A DNA stretch of 64,000 nucleotides from assembly GCA_965153285.1 (NCBI GenBank), contig OZ229116.1. The stretch is one strand, 5' to 3'. Shown in pieces: positions 39,431-54,127 of this stretch (position 1 is its first letter; every line of letters begins with the position of its first letter). A model generated the notes under the pieces. The model did not search any database and had not been told where the DNA came from. It saw only the letters and a list, made by a program, of their open reading frames with translations. The DNA comes from Podarcis tiliguerta (lineage: Eukaryota). A program made the translations under genes and the position numbers.

Positions 39431-41007
39431 GGTTTCGCAGATATTGGGCACCTCTGTAGAGTACCATGTACCCTGATGTATCAACAGCAATTCTATGCAG
39501 ATCACATGCTTCGTCAAAGCACTCTCATCTATGCGTTGGTCTCCAGGTGGCATCACATGATAAAGGAAGCAGTAAGAGAGGAACTGCGATTTATTTCACC
39601 CTTCATTTGTCCTTTCTAGTCTAATGCACCAAGGGAGGGACATATGAATGTCTTCTGAATGCATGAGCTCTAAAGGCATCTGATTCTGAAACATATCCAA
39701 CTAACCATGAAACTTAAGAATGTTTGCAAATTGTTCGCAAATAGTATAATACAAGACATCAGTTTCACCAATGAGTGCCGGAGGATATCAGCAAAAAGTC
39801 TCTAAGCATAAAAATATTGATAAGCAAAAGGTTTACAGCCTAAGGGAGTTTGGCGCATGCATCTGAGAAAGCATGCATTGTAGCTTTCTTTGACTAGAAG
39901 GGAATATCAACATGTTGAAGTGTATTGCAACCTGGACTGTTCCATTTTAACATCTATAGTTAGAACATTTGTTCAAAGGCCATTTTATGTGTCCTCTTCG
40001 TAGTTTTAACTTCATTAACAGCATGATCCAAATGAATGTTTACCTGGAGCTTACCCGAGGGACTTACTCCTTGGAGAGTATGTACAGAATTGGAGCCTTT
40101 GGGTGCTTCCAGATGGAGGTTTAATATTACAAATGGTTCACTGAGATATTGCAAATGGGTCACTGACAACATTTAAAAAAAATAATTGGATTGTCTGTGG
40201 CAGTTAAATGTGGCCTGGTGCTGGGACTGTTGGCTATACCCTCACCACTGTATAGCCAGCAAGGTTACCAACAGCCTTATTATTGGGATTCTCAGCAGTC
40301 TACTGAGAAAAGCAGTTGGTAACCTTTACCATAGCGAGGGAGGAACACAAAACAGCAAACAGACTCAGCAAAGTGGGAGAGAAGTAATATCAGGGCTGTG
40401 AGAGACACAACTTCAAAGTTCTGGAAAGCAGTGAGGATGGAGAGAGAGGAAGTAGAGGAGGCTTAATATGCAAATAGGCTGGAAAGGGGAAACAACACTA
40501 TTTAAGCTTGTGGGTTTTAGAAAGGTGAAGAGTAATTGACTTTCTACAGAAAGGAATAAAGAACTCTAAATCAGAGATTGAAACATGGAGTACAGAAGAA
40601 ACCTGAAAATCACTGATTACCTCTTTAAGGGGAAAAATGCAACACATGAGTTTTTCTCTTATTAAAAAGAACTTGCCAAACTACAGAATTTCATAACTAC
40701 TTGGGACACATTGCACTTTAATAACAAAAAAAGTGAAGGCTAGTGAAAAGCTGAAAGCCAGAAAGTAAGTGGTAAGTTATCATGATATAAAAAAGTCAGC
40801 ATGACATAACACAATGTTAGGTGTGCCTATTTTTCAGAAAAGTGTTCACAGTTGCTGACAGATGAGACTTGAGTCACACTATGTCAGACTGAAATTTCAG
40901 TATGTGGCTGCAAAAACACCCACTTAACTCAGAGGGGCTCATATATGCATAAATATGCACAATACAGTAAACATGTTTATGAGATGTGCAATTAAAATAA
41001 TTTTTAC

Positions 41008-43428
41008 CTTGTCAATATTTTCCATCTCAGGATGTAAATTGTTTCCTTCATTGCCTGTAAATGGCACAGCAGGTTTCTCACTGCCAAGAATATTGTCTAC
41101 CATCTGAACACTGGGTGTCAGGAAGGCAAACTCATTCTTCCTGGTCTCAGAAGACAGACACAGCTGGTAGGAATAGGGCAAAGTCCCATCTTCAAAGTTG
41201 GGTGGGAAGATGGCACCATTCTTGGAATGGGGAACAGGACCAAAGCACTGTAGGAACCTGGGATGCCCTGATTGACGGAGCTTCATTGTAACGGCCAGAA
41301 TCACAGTCAAGAGGAACAAGAAGGAGATCACAGCTAAGGCCAGCACCAAGTAGAACTGCAGGTCAGACTGATACTCCGAGCTGATGGGTTGGCTCTTCAT
41401 TTCCGGAAGGGCCTCCTGAAAGTTCTCAGCAAACACCAGGTTCAGAGTCATGGTGGCCGAGAGAGACGGCTGCCCGTTATCCTTCACCATAATGACCAGT
41501 CTCTGTTTCACAGCGTCTCTCTCCACAAAGGCCCTGGCGGTCCTGATCTCTCCAGTATGAGAGCCAACCGTGAAGAGTGCCGGCTCAGTGGCCTGAGTCA
41601 GGTGGTAGGAGAGCCAGGCGTTGTGTCCAGAATCTGCATCCACGGCCACCACCTTGGTGACAAGATAATCTGCCTCGGCCGAACGAGGCACCATCTCAAA
41701 CAAGGCTGAGCCCTTGGCTTCTTGTGAGGGGGACAGGATACGAGGGCTGTTATCATTCCTGTCAAGAACAAACACCCTGACGCTCACATTGCTGCTGAGA
41801 GGCGGAGAACCCCCATCTTGGGCCTTCACTTGCAGCCAGAACTCTCTGAATTGTTCATAGTCAAAGGATCTCTGGGCATAGATGGTGCCGGTCTCAGAAT
41901 TAATGGAGATATAGGAGGAGATGGGAAGCTCCTCGATGTTGCTGTTGAGGATGGAGTATGTGATCCGTGAGTTCTGGTCCATATCGGGATCAGAGGCTTT
42001 GATGGTGAAAATGGAGGCACCTGAAGGATTGTTTTCTGGCACGTAGATATTGAAAGATGATTTCTGAAAGGAAGGGGCATTATCATTGATATCAGATATC
42101 TGTAGTAAGATGACTTTATGGGTGTTCAGTGGGGGAGTTCCATTGTCAGTGGCTGTGATTGTAATATTATATGCAGGAGTTTTTTCTCTGTCCAAAGGGC
42201 TGTCTGTCAGGAGTTTGAAGTAATTGTTAGACGAGGGAACAATCTTGAAGGGCTGATCGTTTTTCAAATAACAACTAACCTTTCCATTCTCACCAGTGTC
42301 TTTGTCTTTTACATTGATCAGAGCAATTAAGGTTCCAGACACAGAATCTTCTGGGACTGGACTAAATAAGGAAACCAGAGTTACCTCTGGGAAATTGTCA
42401 TTCTCATCAATAATCTGTATTTCTACTTTACAGTGTGTTACTAATCCACCTCCATCTTTTGCCGCAACTGTCATAGTATATTCTCTGGTTTCCTCAAAGT
42501 CTAATGGGCTCATAAGAGTGATTGTGCCATTACTAGAATGCAAGTTGAATTTCCCCTGAGCACTTTTTTGGATGTTGCTGAAATGGTAACTGATTTTGGC
42601 ATTTGTACCTTCATCTTTATCAGAGGCTAAAATCTGGAGCACAAGGGAGCCAACAGGAGCATTTTCCTTCAGACTGACCTTGTAAACCTCTTGGGTGAAG
42701 ATAGGTGGGTTGTCATTGGCATCTGTGACATTAATCCATATCTGGGCAGTTCCAGTCTTCCTAGGTTCACCCCCATCCAAGGCTGTGAGGATCAAGTGAA
42801 TGGTCTGTTCACTTTCCCGATCTAGTGGTTTCTGAAGCACCAAGTCTGCAAATTTATTTCCATCCTGACTCTCTTTAACATCAAGGCTGAAATATGAATT
42901 GGGGCTGAGATGGTAATTCTGAAGAGAATTTGTCCCAATGTCAGGATCTTCAGCTTCTCCGAGGAGAAATCGTGTGCCTGGTACAGTAAGTTCACTTGTC
43001 TCCAAGTTGATTTTTCCATTGAAAAACTGTGGTGCATTATCATTAATGTCCTGGATTGCTATAGTTATGTGGAAAATATTCAAGGGGCTTTCAATTACCA
43101 TCTCAAAATTAATAAAGCAAAGCGGATTTTTGCCACATATTCCCTCCCGATCTATCCTGTCATTTACATAGAGGTTTCCATTCTCTGCATTCATAGTGAA
43201 ATATTTCATTTCATCCACTGAGACAGCATGCATGTTGCGTTTCCCTAGTTCTTTGGCATTTAGTCCCAAATCCTTGGCAATATTCCCCACAACTGAACCC
43301 TTAGCCATTTCCTCAAGAATTGAATAATGAATCTGCTCTGAAGCAGCCCAGCAGGAGGGCAAGAATATTAAGAGAAGCTGTACTTGCCTTGTGATTGCCC
43401 TGCCATTCTTGTTGTGTCTTCTCTCCAT
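41008..43428 (-). CDS. PCDHGB: Protocadherin gamma-B-like variable exon 8; 2421 bp
   Basis: ORF 40939..43428; donor AAG|GTAAAA at 41008/41007, position fixed by paralog length. Confidence 0.95.
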
Positions 43429-43672
43429 TTGGCTCTGTGAAAAATCAGCTGTTTCCTTTTTTTAAGAACCAGATCAAATTTTCACCAGTATGCACTAAGT
43501 CTCCATAAAAAAGAATAAACTGTCTTTCTCCTTAATTTGTAAAAATCATTTTTGTATTTTCTTTATGTCAGCAGCAATGCCTTCTCTCTGTTCCCTGATC
43601 TGCACAGCACTAAAGAAGCAAGCTCACGGTAGAAAGGATCAGTGGATTTCCATCACTGTATGGCCACTAGAT

Positions 43673-43713
43673 TGGCCAACAGCGGCACTGTGAGGTTCAA
43701 TAGGAGAACTGCA
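43673..43713 (-). promoter_or_regulatory. CSE / CTCF site of exon 8 (canonical CGCT)
   Basis: TGCAGTTC-N21-CGCTGTTGGCCA. Confidence 0.88.
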
Positions 43714-44335
43714 AGGGATATTTTCAACCTTTCAATTTAAGAGAAAATGCAACGTGGATGTAATTATAGTTTTATACAGTAGGAAAAACATGCAACTGGA
43801 AGTTTACACAGGAGCTATTTCTACTGAATTTTGACTTGAGCTGAATACTTGGGGATCTTTGTTTTGGTTTTGGAATCAATAACACTTCAAACCTTTCCAT
43901 TTGCCTGGGTAAATGGCTTGCAATGTAACAAAGGATTCTTTTCTTGGAATCTTGGAAATAATATTATCAAAGTTACAATCTTGAGCGCCAGAATCTCAAC
44001 AGTCTCAACATTGTCATCTCGGGTTATATATATATATTTAATCTCCTGTTTCCACAATAAAAAATAATAATCTTGGGGAGTTTACTATATTTCCATGATA
44101 ACGTTGAAACAATAAAAACAATTTCCGCCCAACCACAGATCTCTTGCAGAACTTTCCCACTCCTTCCTTAGGAGAAAGGCTTGACGAGCGAGGGAGAAGA
44201 ATTCTCCAAAAGGACTCCAAAGATGTCCCATCCCAGCCAATGAAGGGAATCCCTGTGCAGCTGGCAGCACTTGTGCTCTCCCACTCTTTCTGAAGATATT
44301 AGAGGCATGATCGGTCCCTGTTGGGGCTATGTAGG

Positions 44336-44374
<39 letters not shown>
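44336..44374. repeat. (ATT)n microsatellite
   Basis: Direct reading. Confidence 0.95.
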
Positions 44375-44378
<4 letters not shown>

Positions 44379-46303
44379 AGGCTCTCTGACAGGGCAATTT
44401 TTATCTACTGCCAAGTTGGGAGTGGCAAGTTAACAATCTGGCTTTGTCGAGGTACTTAGGTCCTAACTAGGTAGTAGAACAGGCAGGATCAGGGCAGAGT
44501 GCAGAGAATAGGCTGGTGAACACACTAAGAAATCAAGGTAGTGAAAAGACGTTTCCCCAAACCATTCATTGAAGGGTCACTGATTAAAGGAGAGCTGGGA
44601 CTGAGAGTATCTTGAGGCCTGGTTGCATGTGCTAGCTTGCTGTCTGGCCTGGAGGTGGGTGACACTAGCAACAAAATATTAATATATAAGGGCAATAAAA
44701 AGCCAAGAACACATATTATACTCTTGCTCTTCAGGTCAAAGGGAGGGAGCAGGAGATGGTTTCTTAAAGTCCCATCTAAGTGGAAGAGAACTCCTCACTG
44801 GAGGTGCAGAAGGTAAGACAACTAAGTAGGGACGGAAGACACAGATCAGTCGCTAACAATGTTGTGGCTTTAGTTTATCTCATTTATGTGTCTTGCACTT
44901 TTATTCTGGGATCCACAGTTCCAAGACAGGAGCCACTACAAAAAGTATAAGACTCAAACTAATTTCAGGAAGAAATGAAGCCATTACTTAGAAAAGAGAA
45001 TTATTATACTGTTTTACCGCATTGAAGGTTTTTGGTTTCTTTCAGTTTCTGTAATCTAGAGTCAAGATTTTATACGACAAACTTCCATGTATTCATCTAT
45101 TTTGTTCACTTTCATTTTGTTCATTTGTAATGTGCGGATACTGCATATAGGATGTGGACATTATTGTCTGATTTCAGAAGCTATTAAGACCATTATGGAC
45201 AGGTGAAACGGCAGTGGTTCTGCTTTTGCTATACTTTGTTATTTAAGTACTATCATCACCATCAACAAAATTATCAGTATTATTGTTATCTTAATGAACT
45301 GATTCATATGATTTCACTGAGGGCTCATTTTTTTGCATTTTTAGACTTTTAAATTGCAAGCTGCTTTGAGGGTATAACCATAAATCATAAATAAAATAAC
45401 CAGGCAGAGGCTTTTCAAAATAGCAAATAGTTTTGCACTATTGTTCTCTCTGGACATGGGATGTATATACCTTTGTGTTGGTAGCCCTACTTTACTTTTA
45501 CATTGTTCTTAATTTAAATTATTCTTTCCTGTCCTTTCTAAGTTGGTTTTGCCAATGACTATCCAAATTAAGATACACTAGAATTCATATAGGGGCTGAA
45601 GTGTGAGCTGTGAGATTCCTAGTTCTTCAGTTACAAATTTACTAGGCAGCTTTAGAACTCTGACTTGCAGCCTCTGACAAAACCTGGGACCACACTTGAC
45701 AGGCTTGCTCTTGCAACTGAAAGGCAGATAAAAATGTTTAAAACTAAATACATTTCAGACTACAGACTAAGATAATGTATGTGAACATGTTCTAAATACT
45801 TGAAGTAATCTCCGGAAATTACTGATACTATGGGAAAAATATATCAGATGTTTTCTCTTTCATAACATCCAGTTAGCGATTTCATTCTAAGGCCCCACAT
45901 GTTCATAATTTAAGATTACCAAACCCCCTTTCATTTTATTTTGCCTCAAAGAACCACAGGAAAACACCTTGGCCTGATTTCTCCTGGAAAATGTCTCCTC
46001 CACTCAACACGTTTTCATAAACACACAAACACAGAAAACACATAGATATTTTCCAGTAAAATGAAATATATATATAATCTTTAAAAGAACCAATTCCAAC
46101 AGTTTATGAACCAATCAGACTTGAAAGATTATTCAATCAAGTTGAACCAATTAGTTGGTTAAAGGCAGGTTGAAAAACAATAAATTAAAATATATTAGTT
46201 GTATAAAAAAAGATTATGGAATCAGCAACAAATATTCTTAAAAATTTCCATGCTCGAAGCAGCAAGAATGTATAAAGTAGGTACTGCTCAGATTAAAACT
46301 CAC

Positions 46304-48724
46304 CATATCAGTTCTATCCATCTCAGAAATTAGGATATTGCCTCCATTGGCAGTCAAAGGTGCATCAGACTGAGTGTTGCATGAAATATTCTCTGCGGTT
46401 TGAACATTGGGTGTTGGAAAGGTGAACTCCTGTACCCTGGACTCAGAAGATAAGCACAGCTGATAGGAATATGGCAATGTTCCTTCTTCATAGTTTGGTG
46501 GGAAAATGACTGTGTTGTTTGAATGGGGAACAGGAGCAAAACACTGCAGGAATTTGGGGTTCCCTGATCGCCGAATCTTCATGAGAATGGCCAGAATCAC
46601 TGTCAGGAGGAATAAGAATGAAATCAAAGCTAAGGCCAGCACCAAGAAGAACTGTAGATCCGATTGATACTCGGAGTCACTGGGCTGGTGGCTAATTTCC
46701 GGAAGTGCCTCCTGGAAGTTCTCAGCAAACACCAGGTTGAGACTCACAGTAGCAGATAGTGGTGGCTGTCCATTATCCTTGACTAAGATGATGAGCTTCT
46801 GCTTCACAGCATCTCTTTCCAGAAAAGCCCGTGAGGTCCTGATCTCCCCAGTATGGGAACCAATTGAGAACAGCCCAGGTTCTGTTGCCTGGAGCAGATA
46901 GTAGGAGAGCCAAGCGTTGTGTCCAGAATCAGCATCCACAGCCACCACCTTGGTCACCAGATAACCCTCCTCTGCTGAGCGAGGCACCATCTCAAACAAG
47001 GAGGAGCCCTCTACTCCTTGAGAAGGGTAAAGAATCTGAGGGCTTTGGTCATTCTGGTCCAGAATGCACACTCTCACGGTGGCATTGCTGCTGAGGCGGG
47101 GGGAGCCTCCATCTTCGGCCCTCACCTCCACTTGAAACTCCCTGACTTGCTCATAGTCAAAGGAGCGCTGAGCATAGATAGTGCCAGTCTCAGAATTAAT
47201 GGAGAGGAAGGACGAGAGAGGCAGCCCCTCAGTGATGCTGTTGCGAATGGAGTAGGTGATTTGAGCATTCTGGTCCACATCTGGGTCGGAGGCTTTGACC
47301 CTGAAAATGGAGGAGCCTGAAGGGTTGTTCTCTGGGACGTAGGCAGTATAATAGGGTTTCTCAAAGGCAGGGCAGTTGTCATTGATGTCTGAGATCTGCA
47401 GTGTGATGGTTTTGTATGTGGAAAGAGGGGGGTTGCCTTTGTCTGTGGCTGTGACTGTGATATTGTACTCTGGAGTTCTTTCTCTGTCCAAGGGGGCATC
47501 TGTGAGAAGCTTATAATAATTATTGGAGGCTGATACCATCTTGAATGGCAAAGCGTGTTGTATGTCACAAGTAATCTTCCCATTATCTCCAGAGTCTCTA
47601 TCATTTACATTGATAAGGGCTACCAGGGTTCCTACTGCAGAGTCTTCAGGGATGGGGCTGGATAAAGAGGCCAGAATCACTTCTGGGGCATTGTCATTCT
47701 CATCTAGGAGTGTTATTTGAACTTTACAGTGAGCCACTAATCCCCCTCCATCTCTTGCTTCCACTGCCATCACATATCCTTCTGTTTCCTCAAAGTCCAG
47801 AACCTCCTTAAGTGTTATTGTCCCATCCTGTGAACCCAAGTGGAACTTCTGACGAGCACTTTCAGGGATGTTACTAAAACTATAGTTGATCTGGGCATTT
47901 GAACCATCATCTCTATCTGTGGCTTTCACCTGGACCACTGATGATCCTTTGGGGGCATTTTCTTTCAGCTTGACCGTGTATATTTTTTGAGTGAAGACTG
48001 GTGGGTTGTCATTTGCATCAATGACGGTGATCCATATTTTGGCTGTTCCAGTTTTGGCAGGCTTCCCTCCATCCAGCGCCGTAAGGATTAATTGGAAACT
48101 GTTCTCACTTTCCCGATCCAACTGTTTATTCAATACTAATTCTGCATATTTATTTCCGCCTTCTATTTCTCTCACTTCCAGAATAAAGTATGGATTTGTG
48201 CTAAGGTTGTAATCCTGGAGAGAATTCACCCCAAGATCAGGATCTTCAGCTTGTCCAAGGAGAAATGTGGTGCCTTGTAAAGAGGATTCAATTATCTCCA
48301 GTTTTATATCCCCATTTACAAAACGTGGTGCATGATCATTAATGTCTTGAATCTCTACAGTTACATGAAAAATATTCATAGGACTCTCAACCACCACTTC
48401 AAAATTGATGGTGCAGAATGCAGTTTGACCACATAATTCTTCTCTATCAATCCTTTCCCTTACATACAGATTTCCATTTTCTGCACTAAGAGTAAAGTAT
48501 TGCTTTTTACCTAGGGAAAGGATATGCAGATTGTAATTTCCTATTTCTCCATTATTCAGGCTCAGGTCTTTGGCCAGGTTTCCTACAATGGATCCCTTTT
48601 CCATTTCCTCAGGGATGGAATAATGAATGTGCTCTGAGGCAATCTGACCACACAGAGAGAATAATAGGAGGAGAGGTACTTGCCTTCTTAGGGATCTGCT
48701 GCTATCTTTCTGTCTGCCGGCCAT
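46304..48724 (-). CDS. PCDHGB: Protocadherin gamma-B-like variable exon 9; 2421 bp
   Basis: ORF 46238..48724; donor ATG|GTGAGT at 46304/46303. Confidence 0.96.
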
Positions 48725-48979
48725 CCCTCTTGCAGAGAAATGTGCTTTATCCTTTCTTTCTGTGATTAGTTAAATTGAGGAGTCTTAAATCCCATTCACT
48801 CTGTAGAAGTGTTCAATAAAGAATCATGAACGAAGTCAGTAGCTGCTGCTGGATTTCTATACTTTGCAGTGGTTTTGTTCCTGTGTTCTCCTGTTTCCCA
48901 GCTCTGTAGTTTGTTCATGAGCAATCAAATTGCAAAAGCATCTGGTAGTGGATTCTCCACTCCTCCATGAGAACTATAT

Positions 48980-49020
48980 TGGCCAACAGTGACACTCTGA
49001 GTCTTAGATGGGGAACTGCA
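48980..49020 (-). promoter_or_regulatory. CSE / CTCF site of exon 9 (box variant CACT)
   Basis: TGCAGTTC-N21-CACTGTTGGCCA. Confidence 0.83.
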
Positions 49021-51049
49021 AGATGTCTCTTCTCTTTTAAGTAAATAACATACAAGGGAGTTCTTGCCATTTTTAATCTTATGTACAATGATTCTCAGGT
49101 AGAGAATCTTTTGCGGTATGGTAAAAAAAAAAAGAGTTTGGTCTCTGTGTTTTGACATTAGGATAAGCAACAACTCAACTTAATTTGACAAAATTGACCT
49201 ACCGAAAACAAACAAATTATATATTTTAGAAATTATCCCTTTCCCAAGTAATTTATGTCATTTTCCCTACCTTATTACCCCTGAGTACTTAGGAATGATA
49301 GCTTCAAAATACCAGAGAAAATTGATTATTTTGTAATAAACATACAAGGGTCCGGAAAATAATTCCAGTCATTTAATTTGCCCCTACGGTGCTTTCACAC
49401 TTTCATAGCAGCACATTTGGCATTACTCATGGGGGTGCGCTTCAGAAAATTGAACTGACTGATTAGTGTCCTTGTCTGATAGTACAGTTGTGCGATCGTA
49501 TTTTTCTGACAGTTAGAAACTATTCATCCATATAGGTACGTGTCAACATATTTAACCCCAGGAAGTTGTTCTAAGACCTAATGAATTCTGAGTTTAAAAG
49601 TTATTTTCCCAAAATGTGCAATAAGGCCTTTGGAATCTTTGTGTCACACAACATTTCCCCTCTAAGGTACCACAGTTCTACTTTCTATTGCACCAACTGT
49701 CTTGCTGGCAATCGTCTCCTCAACTACTTGACAGTTGAGGCACTTAATCAGTCATGTAAGTAGCTGTGTTAGTTGACAGTGATGTAAGTTATTTGGGATA
49801 CCTGGAGAAATTCCAAATGTTTGGCAAGTTCTTTTTCTTCTCTTAAGGCATTACTTGACTTATGCAACTCAGTCATATAATGAGAACAGCACTAAAAATA
49901 CAATGCTTACTCAAGATCATGCTACAGTTTTTCTTGGGAACTTGAATCCTCTCTCCCCACCCCTCAGGCTTTCCGTAGGCTTCCCTCCCTCCCCAGATCA
50001 CACCCCGCAACCCCTCACTGGCCTTCTTCCATGCCCTCCTCAAGAACTTTTGTTGGCTGCAATGTGTCCTTGAACTAGGATATTGCTGCTTGCCTGGCTG
50101 GAGGACTCACAGATCTACAGAAGTGGAGATATTGAAACCTCTGAATACCGCATGCTTGAAATGTGGTCTATTGTACAAAGGTAAGAGTCACAGCAATAAA
50201 ATATCACGGTTAGAATGCTAAAAAGTGGAATGCTAGATTACGTTGTGGAATACTAAAGCAGCACCTGAAAGGCATCATCTAGCACTGCTATGGCTACCTA
50301 CATGTCTCATAAAATCACTTACTATACTTTTCCCATGATGTAGAGAGAAGGAGGATGTAGTCTAGAAGACTTGTCTCCGATGTAAACACGTTATTATGAG
50401 TAGGAGAGGAAAGCATGCAATATATGTTTTAATCCCTTGCATTGTGAAATGGTACACTCAGAGGAGGACTAGAAGATCTGTGTTTATTTTCTGAACTTCC
50501 AGATCAGTATTGTATTCTTTTGATGAAATTCTGAACAATATGGTGACATAGTTCAAGTGTGTGTGTCTTCCTCAGAAGTAGAACCTTTACAGTGCATGCA
50601 TATATTGCTTCGTTCAGTGAATGGGACCTTCATTTAAAAGCTTTCTCAGGATAGAGAGCTGAGCAAAATAATGCAGCTCCTTCTACACTGGAAGAAAGAT
50701 TAAACACAAAAGTGACTATTTTGGAGCAGCTCTTAGTCTTCACCAAAATCACAGGTGTTTGGGACAAATATGTGCATGCTTGTGTGTGCAGGTGCACACA
50801 CAAGTCCAATCCTAAACATTTCTCTGTGTGCACATTCATTTCAGACCTCCTGCATTTGGCACACCTCCTTGGCTGAATTCAGCCCCAAACTCTTAGCCTC
50901 AGTAACTTGACATCTACACAAAACATAGCTTTGACATAAAATACAGGCAAATCCACAGTCTCTTCACTTTCTAACAGAACTTCTGTAGATAGAATAAATT
51001 AGAAGCACTTATCCATCCACACTTTCCATACAACGCATAATTATACACA

Positions 51050-51580
51050 CCTATACCATGTCTTCACTTAATTGCCTTTTCTCTAAGCTGTATCAAAGTA
51101 AACTAAAAGGGTGAATGGCTCCATCCCCTTGCCAATTTTGGTTTATATTTTCCAGCTCCACCTTACCTGTCTTTAGGTAAGTTGACCAGAATTATACACA
51201 GTATTCCAAAATTTGTTTTCTTTTTTTCACAGCTGCCTCATGCTATGTCAACATCTTCATCAAACTGTTCACTATGACCCCAAGGTCTCATTCCTGTTTA
51301 GTCTCCATGAGCATATATGTGAAACAACAGTTGTTTTGGCCCACTTTACACTTGTTCACATTAAATTGCATTTGCCATCTTACTGCCTATTCACTCGGTG
51401 TGGTTTGGAGAGATCCTTTGCGAGCTCTTTGCAACCCCTTCTTGTTTTAACCACTCTGAACTATTTAGAATTAGCAAACTTGGCTACATCATGGCTTACT
51501 CCTAATTTTAGATCATTTATGAACAAGTTTAAAAGCTCAATACTGATTCTTGGAGGTTATACCTTCTACATCTCTCCATA
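51050..51580 (-). mobile_element. Degraded CR1 LINE RT-region fragment
   Basis: Minus strand of 51345-51380 reads WQMQFNVNKCKV, the CR1 WQM.FN..KCK motif. Confidence 0.7.
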
Positions 51581-51706
51581 AGAAGAATCGTCACTTTTTT
51601 ATTACACTCCACTTAACCAATCTCCTCTTATTCCATAACTGCTAAAAAAAATGTAGGGAAGGGTATCAAAAGTACAATACAAATATTTCCTAACCATAAA
51701 GCTTAC

Positions 51707-54127
51707 CTCTTCATCCTTAGCCTTTTCAGAATGAAAATTGTTTCCACTGTTGCCTGTAAAAGGCACATCAGGTTTCTCACCGCTAACAATATTGTCTACC
51801 ATCTGAACACTGGGTGTCAGGAAGGCAAACTCATTCTTCCTGGTCTCAGAAGACAGACACAGCTGGTAGGAATAGGGCAAAGTCCCATCTTCAAAGTTGG
51901 GTGGGAAGATGGCACCATTCTTGGAATGGGGAACAGGACCAAAGCACTGTAGGAACCTGGGATGCCCTGATTGACGGAGCTTCATTGTAACGGCCAGAAT
52001 CACAGTCAAGAGGAACAAGAAGGAGATCACAGCTAAGGCCAGCACCAAGTAGAACTGCAGGTCAGACTGATACTCCGAGCTGATGGGTTGGCTCTTCATT
52101 TCCGGAAGGGCCTCCTGAAAGTTCTCAGCAAACACCAGGTTCAGAGTCATGGTGGCCGAGAGAGACGGCTGCCCGTTATCCTTCACCATAATGACCAGTC
52201 TCTGTTTCACAGCGTCTCTCTCCACAAAGGCCCTGGCGGTCCTGATCTCTCCAGTATGAGAGCCAACCGTGAAGAGTGCCGGCTCAGTGGCCTGAGTCAG
52301 GTGGTAGGAGAGCCAGGCGTTGTGTCCGGAATCTGCATCCACGGCCACCACCTTGGTGACAAGATAATCTGCCTCGGCCGAACGAGGCACCATCTCAAAC
52401 AAGGCTGAGCCCTTGGCTTCTTGTGAGGGGGACAGGATACGAGGGCTGTTATCATTCCTGTCAAGAACAAACACCCTGACGCTCACATTGCTGCTGAGAG
52501 GCGGAAAACCCCCATCTTGGGCCTTCACTTCCACCCGGAACTCTCTGAATTGTTCATAGTCAAAGGATCTCTGGGCATAGATGGTGCCGGTCTCAGAATT
52601 AATGGAGATATAGGAGGAGATGGGAAGCTCCTCAATGTTGCTGTTGAGGATGGAGTATGTGATCCTTGAGTTCTGATCCATATCGGGATCAGAGGCTTTG
52701 ATGGTGAAAATGGAGGCACCTGAAGGATTGTTTTCTGGCACATAGATGTTGTAGGATGGTTTCTGAAATGTAGGGGCATTATCATTGATATCTGAGATCT
52801 GTAGAGAGATTGTTTTGTGTGTGGAAAGAGGTGGAGTTCCTTTGTCAGTGGCTATGATTGTAATATTATATGCAGGAGCTATTTCTCTGTCCAGGAGACT
52901 GTCGGTCTGGAGCTTGAAGTAATTGTTAGATGAGGGAAGAATTTTGAAGGGTAATTCATCCTGTAAATAGCAAGTAACCTTCCCATTATCTCCACTATCT
53001 TTGTCATTTACATTGATCAGAGCAATGACAGTTCCCGGCAGCGAATCTTCAGGAACAGGGCTGAACATGGAGGCTAACGTCACTTCTGGGGCATTATCAT
53101 TCCCATCAAGAACATTTATTTCAATGTTGCAGTGTGTCACCAATCCACCTCCATCCTTTGCTGCTGCTGTCATAGTATATCTTCTTGTTTCCTCAAAATC
53201 CAACATCTGCAGAAGTGAGATTATGCCATCAACTGGATCCAGGCCAAATTTCTTTTGTCCATTCACTGGAATGTTGCTGAATTCATATCTGATCTGGGCG
53301 TTTAAACCATCATCTTTGTCAGAGGCTACAACTTGGAGCACAAAGGACCCAACAGGAGCTTCTTCATGCACACTGACCTTGTACACTTCTTGAGTGAAAA
53401 CTGGTGGGTTGTCATTGGCATCTGTGACATTAATCCATATCTGGGCAGTCCCCGTTTTTCTGGGTTCCCCCCCATCCAAGGCTGTAAGGATCAAGTGAAG
53501 AGAGTGCTCACTTTCCCGATCCAAATATTTCTGCAACACCAGTTCTGCATTTTTACTTCCATCTTCCATTTCTCTAACTTCCAAAGTGAAGTACCGATTG
53601 GTGCTCAACTGGTAATTCTGGAGGGAATTCATCCCAATGTCAGGATCTTCAGCTTTCCCAAGGAGAAAGCGGGCCCCAGGTAAAGTGGATTCAATTATAT
53701 CCAAGTTGATGTTATCATTGGGAAACAGTGGTGCATTATCATTAATGTCCTGAATTGCTATAGTTAAATGGAAGATATTGAGGGGATTTTCAACCACCAC
53801 TTCAAAATTTACTACGCAAATGGGAGTTATGTCACATAGCTGCTCCCTATCTATTCTGTCACTTACATAGAGGTTTCCATTCTCTGCATTAATACTGAAA
53901 AACTGCATTTTGTTCACAGAGACAGCATGCAGATTGCGCTTTGCAAGATCTCTTGTATTCAGTCCCAAATCCTTGGCCAGATTCCCCACAATCGAACCCT
54001 TTGCCATCTCCTCAGGGATAGAATAACGAATCTGCTCTGAGGCAGCCCAGCAGGAAGGCGACAAAAGTAAGAGAAGCAGTACTTGCCTTCTGAATGCTCT
54101 GCCATTGTCTTCGTGTCTTCTGTCCAT
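51707..54127 (-). CDS. PCDHGB: Protocadherin gamma-B-like variable exon 10; 2421 bp
   Basis: ORF 51602..54127; donor GAG|GTAAGC at 51707/51706. Confidence 0.96.
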
